A stretch of DNA of 64,000 nt from Candidatus Abyssobacteria bacterium SURF_17. GTDB lineage: Bacteria > Abyssobacteria > SURF-5. The notes beneath the pieces were generated by a model. The model saw only the letters and a program-made list of their open reading frames with translations. It ran no database searches and was not told the origin of the DNA. The stretch lies in assembly GCA_003598055.1 (NCBI GenBank), contig QZKI01000026.1, positions 2,569-66,568 on the forward strand, read 5' to 3'. Position numbers and translations under genes: made by a program. Below are positions 37,402 to 47,555 of this stretch, one piece after another (the stretch's first letter is position 1; each line of letters begins with the position of its first letter).

Positions 37402-38565
37402 ATGCGAATCATTCTCTATACTGGCAAAGGCGGTGTCGGCAAGACGACGATATCCGCTGCCACCGCCGTTCGCTGCGCCGAATTGGGCCATAACACCATC
37501 GTGATGAGCACGGACCCGGCCCATAGCCTGGCCGACTCGCTCGACTGCAAGGTGGGGGGGCGCCCCAAGAAGATTGCCGAAAACCTCTCCGCCGAAGAAA
37601 TAGATGTGAACGAGGAACTCAAGCGCAACTGGGGGCGGATACAAAAGTACGTGACAAAATTCCTCAAGAGCCGGGGCTTCGAGGAGCTCATCGCGGAGGA
37701 GTTTGCGGTTTTCCCCGGGATGGAAGAGCTTTTCAGCTTGCTGAAGCTCAAGGATTATTATGAGAAGCAGGCTTATGATGTCGCGATTATCGACTGCGCC
37801 CCGACCGCGAGCACCGTACGCATGCTCAGCATGCCGGACGTCATACGATGGTACATGGACCGTTTCTTCGACATTGAGCGCCGGATTGTCAAGACCGTGA
37901 GGCCGATAGCGGAAAGAATCACGAAAGTTCCCTTTCCCACGGACGACGTTTATGATTCCGTGGAAGACTTGTTTCATAAAGTGGAAGGCATGAAGGAAAT
38001 CCTGACTAACCCCGCAAATGCGTCCATCAGGCTGGTATTCTATCCGGAGAAAATGGTCATCAAAGAATCCCAGAGAGCATACAGCTACCTCAACCTTTTC
38101 GGCTTCACGGTCGACGCCGTCGTAGCCAACCGCATTTATCCGGAAGAGATTGACGATGCGTACTTTGACCGATGGCGCGCAGTTCAGTCAAAATATCTGG
38201 CGGAGGCCCGGACAATCTTTGACCCGCTCCCGATGTTCGTGGGCAAGCTGTTTGACCGCGAGATGGTAGGTCTGAAGCTGCTGCACTCGCTTGCGGCCAA
38301 TATCTTCGGCGACACCGACCCCGCGACGGTCTTCTACAAGGAACCGCCCATAAAGACGAAACGGTCCGACGGGCGGCACACGATGTCCATCCATCTGCCG
38401 GGGACGCACAAAAAGGACCTCAACGTCTGGGTGGCGGGGGAGGAGCTTATCATAGAAGTCGGCAACTACCGTCGCAATATTCTGCTTCCGCGCAGCCTCG
38501 CAAAGACGGACATCGTCGAAGCCAAATTTGAAGGCGATACGCTCAACATCACGTTCGGAAAGTGA
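37402..38565 (+). CDS. ArsA/Get3 family ATPase with C-terminal HSP20-like domain
   Basis: GKGGVGKTT, STDPAHSL, PGMEE, DCAPT; C-terminal LPG..K.DL....GEELIIEVGNYRRNILLP..L......AKF. Confidence 0.9.
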   Translation: MRIILYTGKGGVGKTTISAATAVRCAELGHNTIVMSTDPAHSLADSLDCKVGGRPKKIAENLSAEEIDVNEELKRNWGRIQKYVTKFLKSRGFEELIAEEFAVFPGMEELFSLLKLKDYYEKQAYDVAIIDCAPTASTVRMLSMPDVIRWYMDRFFDIERRIVKTVRPIAERITKVPFPTDDVYDSVEDLFHKVEGMKEILTNPANASIRLVFYPEKMVIKESQRAYSYLNLFGFTVDAVVANRIYPEEIDDAYFDRWRAVQSKYLAEARTIFDPLPMFVGKLFDREMVGLKLLHSLAANIFGDTDPATVFYKEPPIKTKRSDGRHTMSIHLPGTHKKDLNVWVAGEELIIEVGNYRRNILLPRSLAKTDIVEAKFEGDTLNITFGK

Positions 38566-38569
38566 CCAC

Positions 38570-38920
38570 ATGACCGCAAAAAGGCCAGCCGTGGGAGACG
38601 GATTCATCCAGGAGCTTGTGCCGCTTATCAAGAACGGATTCGTCATCCTCCGATCAATCCTCGATATCCTCATCGAGAAGCTTGAGGAAGCTGAAAAGGG
38701 CAGGCAAGTTGATATCCGGAAGGATACGTACGCGTCAATCGTGAATGCGCTCGAGGCCGAAGTCAAAAACGTGCGCCAGAAGGAAGCAGGCACCCCCATC
38801 GGTGAAACGAAAATACAAGTGCTTGAAGCTGTTATCTCGGTGCTTCTCGAACAAATGGAAGAACTGGAGACGAAAACGCGAAAGAAAGGAAAACGCCCGC
38901 AAAAGGTGAAGATAGAGTAA
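38570..38920 (+). CDS. Hypothetical helical protein coupled to the ArsA-like ATPase
   Basis: 116 aa, amphipathic helices, ends RPQKVKIE; 4 nt after the ATPase stop. Confidence 0.75.
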   Translation: MTAKRPAVGDGFIQELVPLIKNGFVILRSILDILIEKLEEAEKGRQVDIRKDTYASIVNALEAEVKNVRQKEAGTPIGETKIQVLEAVISVLLEQMEELETKTRKKGKRPQKVKIE

Positions 38921-38967
38921 CTCTTAGAGAAACGCTCTTACTTTGTCTTCCGTCGTTCGAGCATCTC

Positions 38968-40242
38968 TTATCCAAACCACACTGATTCGCGCTTCTCAAG
39001 CATCTGGTTGATCATTTCTTGTATCGAATCCCGGACGCCTTCTTTGACCTTGTTGACAAGGATCTCGTCGTCCGTTGCTTCCTTTCCATACTTATCAAAT
39101 CGAATCGGCCGTCCGAACCTGATGTGCCACTTGCTTGGCAGCGGAACCAGCCCGAAGAGGCCGAGCAGAGGCCACGTGGGGGTTACCGGGAAATAGGGGA
39201 GCCCGACCAATTTCCCGAGCCTCTCGGACAGCGCAACCATCGGATATATCTCCTCTGCGCCAACGACCGCCACGGGCACGAGCGGTGTCTTGGTCCGCAT
39301 GCATAATCTGACAAATCCGCCGCGGCCGAACCGCTGAAGCTGATAGCGTTGCCTGAAATGCTTGCCCGTACCTTTTACGCCCTCCGGGAACACGCACACG
39401 AGCTCTCCCTCATGGAGCAGCCGTTCCGCATTTTCCTGGCACGCCCGCGCGCCGCCGATGCGTGCGAGAAACGGGGAAAGAAAAGGAAGCGCGCTGAACA
39501 TATCCTCGACGAGAAAACGGACGTCGCGCCCGCTTCGGCTCTCCCGATGCACCGCTTGACTAATCATGATTCCGTCGAACGGAAGCATCCCGGAATGGTT
39601 CGCAACCAGGAGCGCTCTCCCCTTTTCCGGAACATTCTTGATGCCTTCAACCTCGACGCGCCAGTACTTCTCGTAAAGCCACGTGAATAGCGGCTCTATC
39701 CGCTCCGAATAGATAGGATCCTTCCCAAAGTCGTCAACTTCCTCGGAGCGCTCTCGCAGTCGTAGCGCCCCAAGCAGCTTTCTCATCCTACGGGGGGATG
39801 CGATATCAAACAATCTGTTGAACAAGCTGTGCTCGCCGTCTCCGTTTGACGAAAGACCCTCGTCGCTCTGCGTGCTCACGCCCTCTTCGGACGTCGCCGA
39901 TTCGGTTGAAGCGGTTTCACTCGGCGTGCGCCTTCCGCGCGTTCCGGACGTCTTCTCCCCTGTTTTGGACTTTTGTCCCTTGGCAGGCTGCTTCCGTGTC
40001 TTGCGAACGACTGTTCGAGCTTTCTTCTTCGACATATCAGCATCCCGCTGCTCGACAGTGCCTTCAGAGCCCGGCCTTGAGGGCTCGAGCAGCTTGGCGC
40101 GAGTCAACCCAGCCATTCGATTATCTCCCGTGGAGACTCCTTCTGCTGCTTCCTCAGCTTGAGCCGCTCTTTTCTGCGCCGCCGCCTTCTTTCGAGAACC
40201 AGAACGTGCGAATGGGTCACTGCCGAGCACTCTCTTAGGCAT
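38968..40242 (-). CDS. Lysophospholipid/glycerolipid acyltransferase (PlsC/LPLAT superfamily) with about 135-aa disordered N-terminal extension
   Basis: VDDFGKDP, LLVANHSGMLPFD, FPEG, VPVAVVGAEE, PLPSKW; start MPKRVLGSDPF behind GAGGAGG, overlapping the ParA stop. Confidence 0.88.
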   Translation of the reverse strand: MPKRVLGSDPFARSGSRKKAAAQKRAAQAEEAAEGVSTGDNRMAGLTRAKLLEPSRPGSEGTVEQRDADMSKKKARTVVRKTRKQPAKGQKSKTGEKTSGTRGRRTPSETASTESATSEEGVSTQSDEGLSSNGDGEHSLFNRLFDIASPRRMRKLLGALRLRERSEEVDDFGKDPIYSERIEPLFTWLYEKYWRVEVEGIKNVPEKGRALLVANHSGMLPFDGIMISQAVHRESRSGRDVRFLVEDMFSALPFLSPFLARIGGARACQENAERLLHEGELVCVFPEGVKGTGKHFRQRYQLQRFGRGGFVRLCMRTKTPLVPVAVVGAEEIYPMVALSERLGKLVGLPYFPVTPTWPLLGLFGLVPLPSKWHIRFGRPIRFDKYGKEATDDEILVNKVKEGVRDSIQEMINQMLEKRESVWFG

Positions 40243-40999
40243 TGAGCAAAACCTCCTCAGCCAGGTCTCGCAGCATCTCAGCACCCGTGCTGCGAGGATC
40301 ATATTCCCAGATGGTCAGCCCATGGCTCTGGGCTTCATCTATCCTCACATTGAACCTGATGATGGTCTGTGCCAATCGGTCGGGGAAATACTCCTGGAGT
40401 TTTCCGAGAATCTCATTTGCGAGATTCGTGTTGCGATATAACGTCGGGACCACCATGGCCACGCGGAGCTCGCGGCGTCCATAATTCTCCTTGACCGACC
40501 GAACCGTTTCCATGATTTCGGCGCATCCGTCAAGCGCGAAGTAGGTGAGCGACACGGGGATGATTATCTCATTGGCCGCGAGCATAATGTTAATGGTAAC
40601 CAGCCCGAGCGAGGGAGGCGAGTCGAATATCACGTAATCATATCCCCGAAGGCCGTCGAATCTCTGCTTGAGTTTCCATTCGCGGTCGGCGTCGTTCGCG
40701 GCCGACAGAGGAAAATCCGTGAGCGACTTATTCGCTATGATGACATCGAGACCTTGTATTCGCGTGCGACAGACAACGTCGTGAGGGCGGAGGTCGGGAT
40801 TCGATAGCAGGAACGAGACGGTGTGCTCGGCGTTGTGGACATCGAGCCCGAGCGACTTTCCAACCTGCCCCTGAGCGTCCATGTCCACGAGCAAGACCCG
40901 GAGGCTTTTCTCAAGCGCGAAATATGCGCCGATGTTCACCGCAAGCGTTGTCTTGCAACTTCCTCCCTTTTCATTTACGAATGCAATCTTTCTCATCAC
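40235..40999 (-). CDS. Orphan ParA/Soj family ATPase
   Basis: NEKGGSCKTT deviant Walker A, LLVDMDAQG, DSPPSLG, EAQSHG..I..Y; no parB in the window. Confidence 0.9.
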   Translation of the reverse strand: MMRKIAFVNEKGGSCKTTLAVNIGAYFALEKSLRVLLVDMDAQGQVGKSLGLDVHNAEHTVSFLLSNPDLRPHDVVCRTRIQGLDVIIANKSLTDFPLSAANDADREWKLKQRFDGLRGYDYVIFDSPPSLGLVTINIMLAANEIIIPVSLTYFALDGCAEIMETVRSVKENYGRRELRVAMVVPTLYRNTNLANEILGKLQEYFPDRLAQTIIRFNVRIDEAQSHGLTIWEYDPRSTGAEMLRDLAEEVLLNA

Positions 41000-42021
41000 A
41001 TCTCAGATGCCGTGGAAAGATGGATTCTCCGTAGACGCTTGGCGCCTGCAAATGCCAGGGCCGCCTCGCGGGTGGTGTAGCGTGGTTCGAATCCAAGTTC
41101 GCCCTCTGCCTTCGTCCCGTCGGCCACCCACAAATAGCGCAGGTAGTCAAGATGTTGGCTGGGCGCATCAGCCGCGTTGAAAAATCGCAGTGCTGAAATC
41201 ATGGGGTGCGCAATACCGTAGACCATGGGAATGGAAATCTTTCCCATCACACTCACGACCGTGCGCAGAGGCAAGACGCCCTTTCCGACGATGTTGTATG
41301 CGCCCGAGCAGTCTTTCCTGATTGCGGCCACCAGCGCCCGCACGCCATCATCCTCATGCAGCAACTGCACGAGCGGGTCATACCCCAACAGTGTCGGAAC
41401 AAAAGGGCGTCGGAAATAATCTGTTGCAAGATTCCGAACGGTAGGCCCGAGAATTGTCGCGAATCGGAGCACGGTCACAATCGTACCGGGATGCGATTCG
41501 CGGAACCGCTTCGCGAGATTTTCAACCTCGATACGGTCACGGATGTACCGATAGTTCTTGTTCCCTTCAAGCGGATGGTCCTCAGTAAGGAAATTCGGGT
41601 TTTTCGGAGAAGCGCCGTACACCGCTGTGGCGCTTGCAATAATGATTTTCCGTATGCCCGCCGCAGCGCAAGCAGTGAGCACATGCATTGTGCCGATTAC
41701 TTCCAGTTCATGGGCGTATGATTCGTCTTTCACGGGTCGGCTGAAAAAAGCGAGGTGAGCGACCGTATCCACCCTCTGGGCTCGGAGCACCTCTGCAACT
41801 TCTGAATCCGCAGTGGGCTTTGTGAGGTCTATCTGATGAAAATCCGCGGACTCCCGAAACACGCCGGGTCTTCGGATGTCCATGGTCACTATGCGCTTCG
41901 CGAAATGACGGTCCTCCCTTAGGGAGTCGGCCAGATGACTCCCCAAGAAGCTTGAGGCGCCCGTAACCGCGAGACCCGCAGAGGTGGGGATAGTCCGTCT
42001 CTTACCCTGCTTTTTCACCAA
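40996..42021 (-). CDS. NAD-dependent epimerase/dehydratase (extended SDR)
   Basis: VTGASSFLG, VAHLAF, YGA, Y.RDR, DP..QLLHEDD; stop overlaps the ParA start. Confidence 0.88.
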   Translation of the reverse strand: MVKKQGKRRTIPTSAGLAVTGASSFLGSHLADSLREDRHFAKRIVTMDIRRPGVFRESADFHQIDLTKPTADSEVAEVLRAQRVDTVAHLAFFSRPVKDESYAHELEVIGTMHVLTACAAAGIRKIIIASATAVYGASPKNPNFLTEDHPLEGNKNYRYIRDRIEVENLAKRFRESHPGTIVTVLRFATILGPTVRNLATDYFRRPFVPTLLGYDPLVQLLHEDDGVRALVAAIRKDCSGAYNIVGKGVLPLRTVVSVMGKISIPMVYGIAHPMISALRFFNAADAPSQHLDYLRYLWVADGTKAEGELGFEPRYTTREAALAFAGAKRLRRIHLSTASEM

Positions 42022-42088
42022 CGGTGGAGCCCCCTTTCACAGGGAGACGTGCAAGCACACACGAGGGTTCATCAGTGATGATATCCCT

Positions 42089-42117
42089 AATCTAGCACCC
42101 CGTATCGGGATTGTCAA
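42089..42117 (-). promoter_or_regulatory. Sigma70 promoter for the SDR-ParA-acyltransferase operon
   Basis: Minus strand TTGACA-17-TAGATT with extended TG. Confidence 0.55.
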
Positions 42118-42573
42118 GGAACTCCGAGGTGAAACGCTGTCCCGCATTTCAAATGGGTTCTGCATGAGTGCAGCGCGCTGTCTTGACACTACTGATGAAA
42201 CCGAAACAATCTAAGACGGTGAAGACTGGAAAACGGAATCTTCACCCTCTTGGAGCAATACTTGAACGATCGCATGGCCGGAAGTTGCACCTTTGGAGAA
42301 TTGAGAAAAGTCAAGGTTGGAAAAATTACCCTTAGATATTTTTCCGTTTGCTTATGGTGCTGAGTGAGTATTGGCTCACGGGAAATGGAGCGGATGGTTC
42401 GAGGTTTCCCGCTTTGCCACGAATCGAAGCGCTTTCACGAAGCTCTTGGTAATGTGATACCCGATGATGTATACTTCGGAAGGAGCGAGGAGATCCTTCA
42501 AGCAGGCAGCTGAGGAATCCATGCGCAGCAAAGAAAATCAAGGCAATGTGTTCGATAGAGCAAAGGGAGACAC

Positions 42574-43482
42574 ATGTCTCGTCCCGGAATACCCGCTCTA
42601 GCGAGACTCTTTCTTGTTGTATCCCTCACGGCTGCGGTAGCCGCTGACAAACCTCCACGTTCCCAGACAATTGTCTACGGCCAGCCCAGACAACTTGGAG
42701 TACTTGCTGACCGGAAAATAAGGGAGAGCAGCGGACTCGCCCGCTCCCTTCTCGACTCGGACGCATTCTGGACTCACAACGACTCAGGCGACATCCCACG
42801 CTTGTTTTTGATCGACCGCAGCGGGCAAACTCTGGCAAGTCTCGTGATTGAGGGAGCGCAGGCAGTAGACTGGGAGGACATTGCCTCTTTCAAACACGGA
42901 ACACACAATTATCTGCTGATTGGCGACGTTGGCGACAATGCCGCTAAGCGTCAGCTGTGCACGCTCTACGTTGTCCAGGAACCAAGAATTGACCGCGAGG
43001 CCCAACCACGCGTGGGCAACCTCCTGCCCTTTATTACTATTCCATTCACGTACGAAGACGGTCCGCATGACTGTGAGTCGGTTGCCGTGGATGCCACAAG
43101 TGGAACGATCTACCTGGTAAGTAAGGGGAAGGGCGACGAGTGCAAGGTGTATGAGCTATTCCTGCCCGTGGAAGAAGTCACCAAACAGTTGGTTGCCCGT
43201 ATGATCGCAAAGCTCGATGTTTCCAAAGCAACTGCAATGGACATTTCACCCGATGGACTGCGCGCGGTGGTGCTCACATATGGCGACGCGTACGAATACA
43301 CTCGCGGCAAGGCCGAGACATGGACCGACGCCTTCGCCCGCCAAGGGCGCGTTCTAACCATGCCACGACGAGTCACTGGTGAATCTATCTGTTATGGAGC
43401 CGACGGCAAGACGCTTTACCTTACAAGCGAACGCGCATTACAGCCGCTGTGGGAGGTTCCGGCCGTTTCCGACACCGAATAG
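42574..43482 (+). CDS. Exported hypothetical protein, probable beta-propeller (HNDSG family)
   Basis: Signal peptide; ESSGL, WTHNDSG, DWEDIA, IGDVGDN, DCES, ESICY. Confidence 0.75.
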   Translation: MSRPGIPALARLFLVVSLTAAVAADKPPRSQTIVYGQPRQLGVLADRKIRESSGLARSLLDSDAFWTHNDSGDIPRLFLIDRSGQTLASLVIEGAQAVDWEDIASFKHGTHNYLLIGDVGDNAAKRQLCTLYVVQEPRIDREAQPRVGNLLPFITIPFTYEDGPHDCESVAVDATSGTIYLVSKGKGDECKVYELFLPVEEVTKQLVARMIAKLDVSKATAMDISPDGLRAVVLTYGDAYEYTRGKAETWTDAFARQGRVLTMPRRVTGESICYGADGKTLYLTSERALQPLWEVPAVSDTE

Positions 43483-43589
43483 CCACAGCGCTAAAGCAGC
43501 CCTCACCAGTATGGGAACCTACGACCAGTTCCGGCTCGCGATTCACGACAGTGAAGGACAATCCGAGAAGTGAGGCCCTTCTTAACAAA

Positions 43590-44132
43590 TCAGGGTTGCA
43601 TCGGTTTGATGTGAAGCTCAACCCGGCGATTCTGCTGACGACCTTCCGAGGTTCGATTTGTCGTGAGCGGGCGGGATTCGCCGTATCCGACAACTTGAAT
43701 TCGGGTGGGATCCAAACCTGCGCCAACAAAGACATCCGCAACGATACGCGATCTTCTTTCAGACAGCCATTGATTGTAGCTCTCTTCGCCCCTGCTGTCT
43801 GTGTGACCCTCAACAATGACTATGAATTCCGGATATCTTTTCAGGACCTGCGCCACGCCTTCAAGGTTTTGCCTTGCTCCGGGCTGGAGAGAGTATTCAT
43901 CAACGCCGAAAAGTGCCACTGCAGGAAATCTGACCACGAGTTCCTGACCATTTACGGGCTCCGCCTTTGCTACCATATTTAATTCGGCATACAGCATACT
44001 AAACGGACCTTGACGAATAATCGTTTCATGCCTTTCGGAAGTGCTCGCGCAGCCTATGACAAGCAAACCAGACAAAGCAAGCGCGAGAATACACGTAACA
44101 ATGCCAGTTTTGTCCAACACAGCTTTTCTCAT
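43590..44132 (-). CDS. OmpA family lipoprotein
   Basis: Lipobox VIG-C; VEGHTD..G...YNQ.LSERR, GYGESRP, NRRVE. Confidence 0.88.
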   Translation of the reverse strand: MRKAVLDKTGIVTCILALALSGLLVIGCASTSERHETIIRQGPFSMLYAELNMVAKAEPVNGQELVVRFPAVALFGVDEYSLQPGARQNLEGVAQVLKRYPEFIVIVEGHTDSRGEESYNQWLSERRSRIVADVFVGAGLDPTRIQVVGYGESRPLTTNRTSEGRQQNRRVELHIKPMQP

Positions 44133-44172
44133 TGGCGCTTACCTATCTCCATAACTTTATCATTCGGGATCA

Positions 44173-46983
44173 TTACGCGCTTGTCTTTGTGTCCAGCACG
44201 GTTCTGACTCTGGAAAGCAGTTCCTCCAGTTGAAACGGTTTCTGAATGAATCCCATGACGCCGGTGCGCAGGATCTCGTTCACTTTTCCATTTCGGCTGT
44301 AACCCGTCGAGAGGAGGGCTTTGACTCTCGGATTAAGCTCCTTGAGTTTTAGGAAAGTCTCCCGGCCTCCCATTCTGGGCATGACCATATCGATAATAAC
44401 CAGACCTATATTGCCATTGTTCTCTCTGTATGCATCTACCGCTTCAACTCCGTCTCTAGCCACCAAGACCGTATACCCGTAGGATTCGAGGGCGTCTTTG
44501 GCAAGAGATCGCACTACTTCCTCATCATCCACGACAAGGATCAGTTCGTTTCCACCACGTGCCGCCGGCTGTTTGCTTGCGTCCCTCATTTCGGACTTTC
44601 CGCTGGCCGGGAGATAGATTTTAAATTTCGACCCCTTGCCGCGCTTACTCGACACGCTGACATGGCCCCCATGATTTTTCACGACACCATAGACCATCGA
44701 CAAGCCGAGCCCAGTGCCTTTCCCCTTTTCTTTTGTTGTGAAGAAGGGCTCAAAAATTCTCTGCACCGTTTCTTTGTCCATTCCAACTCCGGTGTCCGTT
44801 ACCGACAGAACCACATATGAACCTGGTCTGGCCTCCGCATGCCTTTGGGCTTGTTCCACCGTAAGGGTCTCATGGTCTGTCTCAATGTTCAGTTTTCCCC
44901 CGCTCGGCATTGCGTCACGCGCGTTCAAGCACAGGTTAATCAGCACTTGTTGCACTTGCCCGGGATCGGCTTCCACTGTTGGAATCGAGTCACGCAGATG
45001 GACGTCGATTTCAATCAACTTATCGAAGGTTCTACCGATTATTTCCAGCGTTTCATCCACCACGCTGTTCAAAGAGATGATCTTTGGCTCGTATCTCCCG
45101 CCCCGGGCAAACGCCAAGAGTTGTGCGGTGAGCTCTGCGGCTCGATTGGCGCTTTTCTCGATCGTATCAGCATAGCTGAAAACCTGATGATCTTTACGAA
45201 GCTTTGCTTTCATCAAAGATGCGTAGCCCAGAATCCCACCGAGAAGGTTGTTGAAATCATGCGCAATACCACCCGCCAACGTGCCGATGCTTTCCATCTT
45301 CTGCGCCTGGAGGAGTTGCTGCTGAAGCTGAAATTTTTCTGTGATGTCGCGCGTCACACCCATGAGTCCGGCTAGAGTGCCTTTTGAATCATACAGGAAA
45401 CTGACTTTAGTCTCTGCCCAGATCGTGACTCCGTCTTTCCGGCATATCTCTGAGTCCACCGTGCGCGCCCATGATTTCTCTTTCTGTTCCTGACCCTTTG
45501 CGAATTCCTCCACGAGTGTCTTCATAGCCATTTCAAGGGAAGGAGGAGACAAGAGCTCTTGCATTGTTTGACCGATTGCTTCTTGAGGGGTGAGTCCCAG
45601 AACCCGCGTGACCGAGGGACTGATGTAGGTAAGCCGGAAATTCAAGTCTGCGATCCAGATAATGTCAAGCACATTCTCGGCAAGCAACCGGTAGTTGCTC
45701 TCGCTTTCCTCTCGAGCTTTCTCCGCCTGATTGCGCTGCTCAATCTCAAACTTCAATTTGTCATGCGAAATTCGAAGCTCCTCTGCCGATCGAGCAATAG
45801 CTTCCAGTTCGGTTTTCCGTTTCTGACTTCTGGAGTAAATTACGCCGACTGCTCCCACTATAACCATCATGAGAGCTGCGCCCAAAAAATTGTTTCTTGT
45901 ATTCCTCTTCACCGGGGCGGCAATCTCTTCATAATCGGTGGTCATGGCGATTGACCACATTTGATCACCCAGCTTGATGGGTAAGAATACAACAGCCTTC
46001 TTTACTATTTCTGTTGTCTTGTCAGTTCGCCTCATGGAATGGTATACGCCGTGGCCTTCTTCGCCATCCGTCATCCTTCGGACGATGTGCTCAAACTCGG
46101 ACCAGTCGAAATCTGCGAAAGTATCCTCCTCTGCCTTGAGGATATTCTTGCCGATGAAGTCGGGGTTTGAATGAGATAGTATGAGCCCCTTGTCGTCTAT
46201 AACCCATATGGCGCCCGTGGACCCGGCCTGAATATGGCAAATGGACCTGCCGAACGTATCCACGTTGATCAAGATGGATAACAGACCCAAGAAATTGGCC
46301 TCGTCAAAAACGGGATTGCAGATATAAAAACCTATTGCACCAGGAGAGAGTGCAAAAATCTCGCTCACATAGGGCTTATGGTTCTTCAGCACATATCCTA
46401 TTCCCGGTGCCTTGGAAAAATCCTTTCCAATAATACCGTTCCTGTGCGGAATCCTGTGCAAGACCACCCCTTTTTTATCCATTCTATAAATGGAATCAAC
46501 CCTACCTCCCACGTGTTCCAACAACGCCTCTCCGGCAGCATAGTCGTTGTAAGGTAAAGGCTGCCCTTTTTTGAATTCGCCACTGAAGGGTTTCCTGGCG
46601 AGAAGCCCCAGATAGTCCTGAATTTCCTGAATAAACTGTTCTATGTATTGAGCTTTCTCTCTGGTAATACCGAACATGTATCGATTAACCTTGGTAACAG
46701 TCTCCTCCTCAAACTTCAGAATATTCCTTCGGGTCCAGAGAACGATCCCTGCCGCAAAGAGAAAGCACGCTGCTATAAACAACGTCCTATTAATGAGATG
46801 TATTGTGCTCGGCGGCAAGGTGATGACCCTGATCACGAGCATCTTCCTGAGCCAATTTAGTATTTCCGTGGCTCGCCCTCTAAATATAGTCCAAGGTCTT
46901 CTCAGGCCGCCCAATTTGGTAACCTCTTCCTGCCCTTGGGATTCCTCGAGTGTGACATGTTTCTGAAATTTGAACTTCATCAC
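44173..46983 (-). CDS. Hybrid sensor histidine kinase (TM-Cache-TM-PAS-HisKA-HATPase-REC)
   Basis: GGIAHDFNNLL, NLCLNARDA, DTGVGM, FFTTK, GTGLGL, VVDDE, IDMVMP. Confidence 0.93.
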   Translation of the reverse strand: MMKFKFQKHVTLEESQGQEEVTKLGGLRRPWTIFRGRATEILNWLRKMLVIRVITLPPSTIHLINRTLFIAACFLFAAGIVLWTRRNILKFEEETVTKVNRYMFGITREKAQYIEQFIQEIQDYLGLLARKPFSGEFKKGQPLPYNDYAAGEALLEHVGGRVDSIYRMDKKGVVLHRIPHRNGIIGKDFSKAPGIGYVLKNHKPYVSEIFALSPGAIGFYICNPVFDEANFLGLLSILINVDTFGRSICHIQAGSTGAIWVIDDKGLILSHSNPDFIGKNILKAEEDTFADFDWSEFEHIVRRMTDGEEGHGVYHSMRRTDKTTEIVKKAVVFLPIKLGDQMWSIAMTTDYEEIAAPVKRNTRNNFLGAALMMVIVGAVGVIYSRSQKRKTELEAIARSAEELRISHDKLKFEIEQRNQAEKAREESESNYRLLAENVLDIIWIADLNFRLTYISPSVTRVLGLTPQEAIGQTMQELLSPPSLEMAMKTLVEEFAKGQEQKEKSWARTVDSEICRKDGVTIWAETKVSFLYDSKGTLAGLMGVTRDITEKFQLQQQLLQAQKMESIGTLAGGIAHDFNNLLGGILGYASLMKAKLRKDHQVFSYADTIEKSANRAAELTAQLLAFARGGRYEPKIISLNSVVDETLEIIGRTFDKLIEIDVHLRDSIPTVEADPGQVQQVLINLCLNARDAMPSGGKLNIETDHETLTVEQAQRHAEARPGSYVVLSVTDTGVGMDKETVQRIFEPFFTTKEKGKGTGLGLSMVYGVVKNHGGHVSVSSKRGKGSKFKIYLPASGKSEMRDASKQPAARGGNELILVVDDEEVVRSLAKDALESYGYTVLVARDGVEAVDAYRENNGNIGLVIIDMVMPRMGGRETFLKLKELNPRVKALLSTGYSRNGKVNEILRTGVMGFIQKPFQLEELLSRVRTVLDTKTSA

Positions 46984-47555
46984 GTTTGACCACCGGTCGT
47001 CCGACCCAAACAGACATGGCTCTGCCCTTGGCCAGCAGGCTGAATCTGCGGCTGATTACTTTCCCATCTTGTTGAAGTGAGCATTTTTTGTGCCGGTAGA
47101 AGGCGAATCAAGTGGATTGACGTAATTCCTTATCATGTAATAAGTTAAGCGTTCAGGAGTTATGACCCCTTTTCCTTGGGAAAGTGCTTCCTTGCGCAAT
47201 TGGGGACAAAATCCCTTCAGCTATGGCTTTATCACGTCGGAGCGCAAGAAGTCCCGCCCGTCGGAAAATTCCCGCTTTGCTTGTGCTACCCGGCGCCGTG
47301 TCCCTCTGCGTCTCGGGCCTGCGACCCATCCGGCGGGTTCGGAACAATCCTCAAAGAGTCGACACTGCACACCTCGAAGACATAGGAACAACTTGCGGAA
47401 TTACCTCATTGGCAGGATGTGAGCAGTTGAAACGAAATCATCGCTGTCGTGGTAAAAAAACGGCGGAGCAAGCGGCATGCAGAGAAAGAACAGCGACGCC
47501 AGAAACCTCCTTATTCTTCCTGAGAATTCAATTCTGGCGTTGCGCAGTAATTTCA

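Noticed and set aside
37402-38565. Arsenic resistance operon
   Set aside because: No arsB/acr3/arsC/arsR/arsD; single ATPase domain with HSP20 tail
41070-41100. tRNA-like GGTTCGAATCC T-loop
   Set aside because: Lies inside the SDR coding sequence and cannot be folded into a cloverleaf
42022-42573. 550-bp spacer examined for SRP, 6S, tmRNA or riboswitch
   Set aside because: No diagnostic motifs; explained as a divergent promoter region
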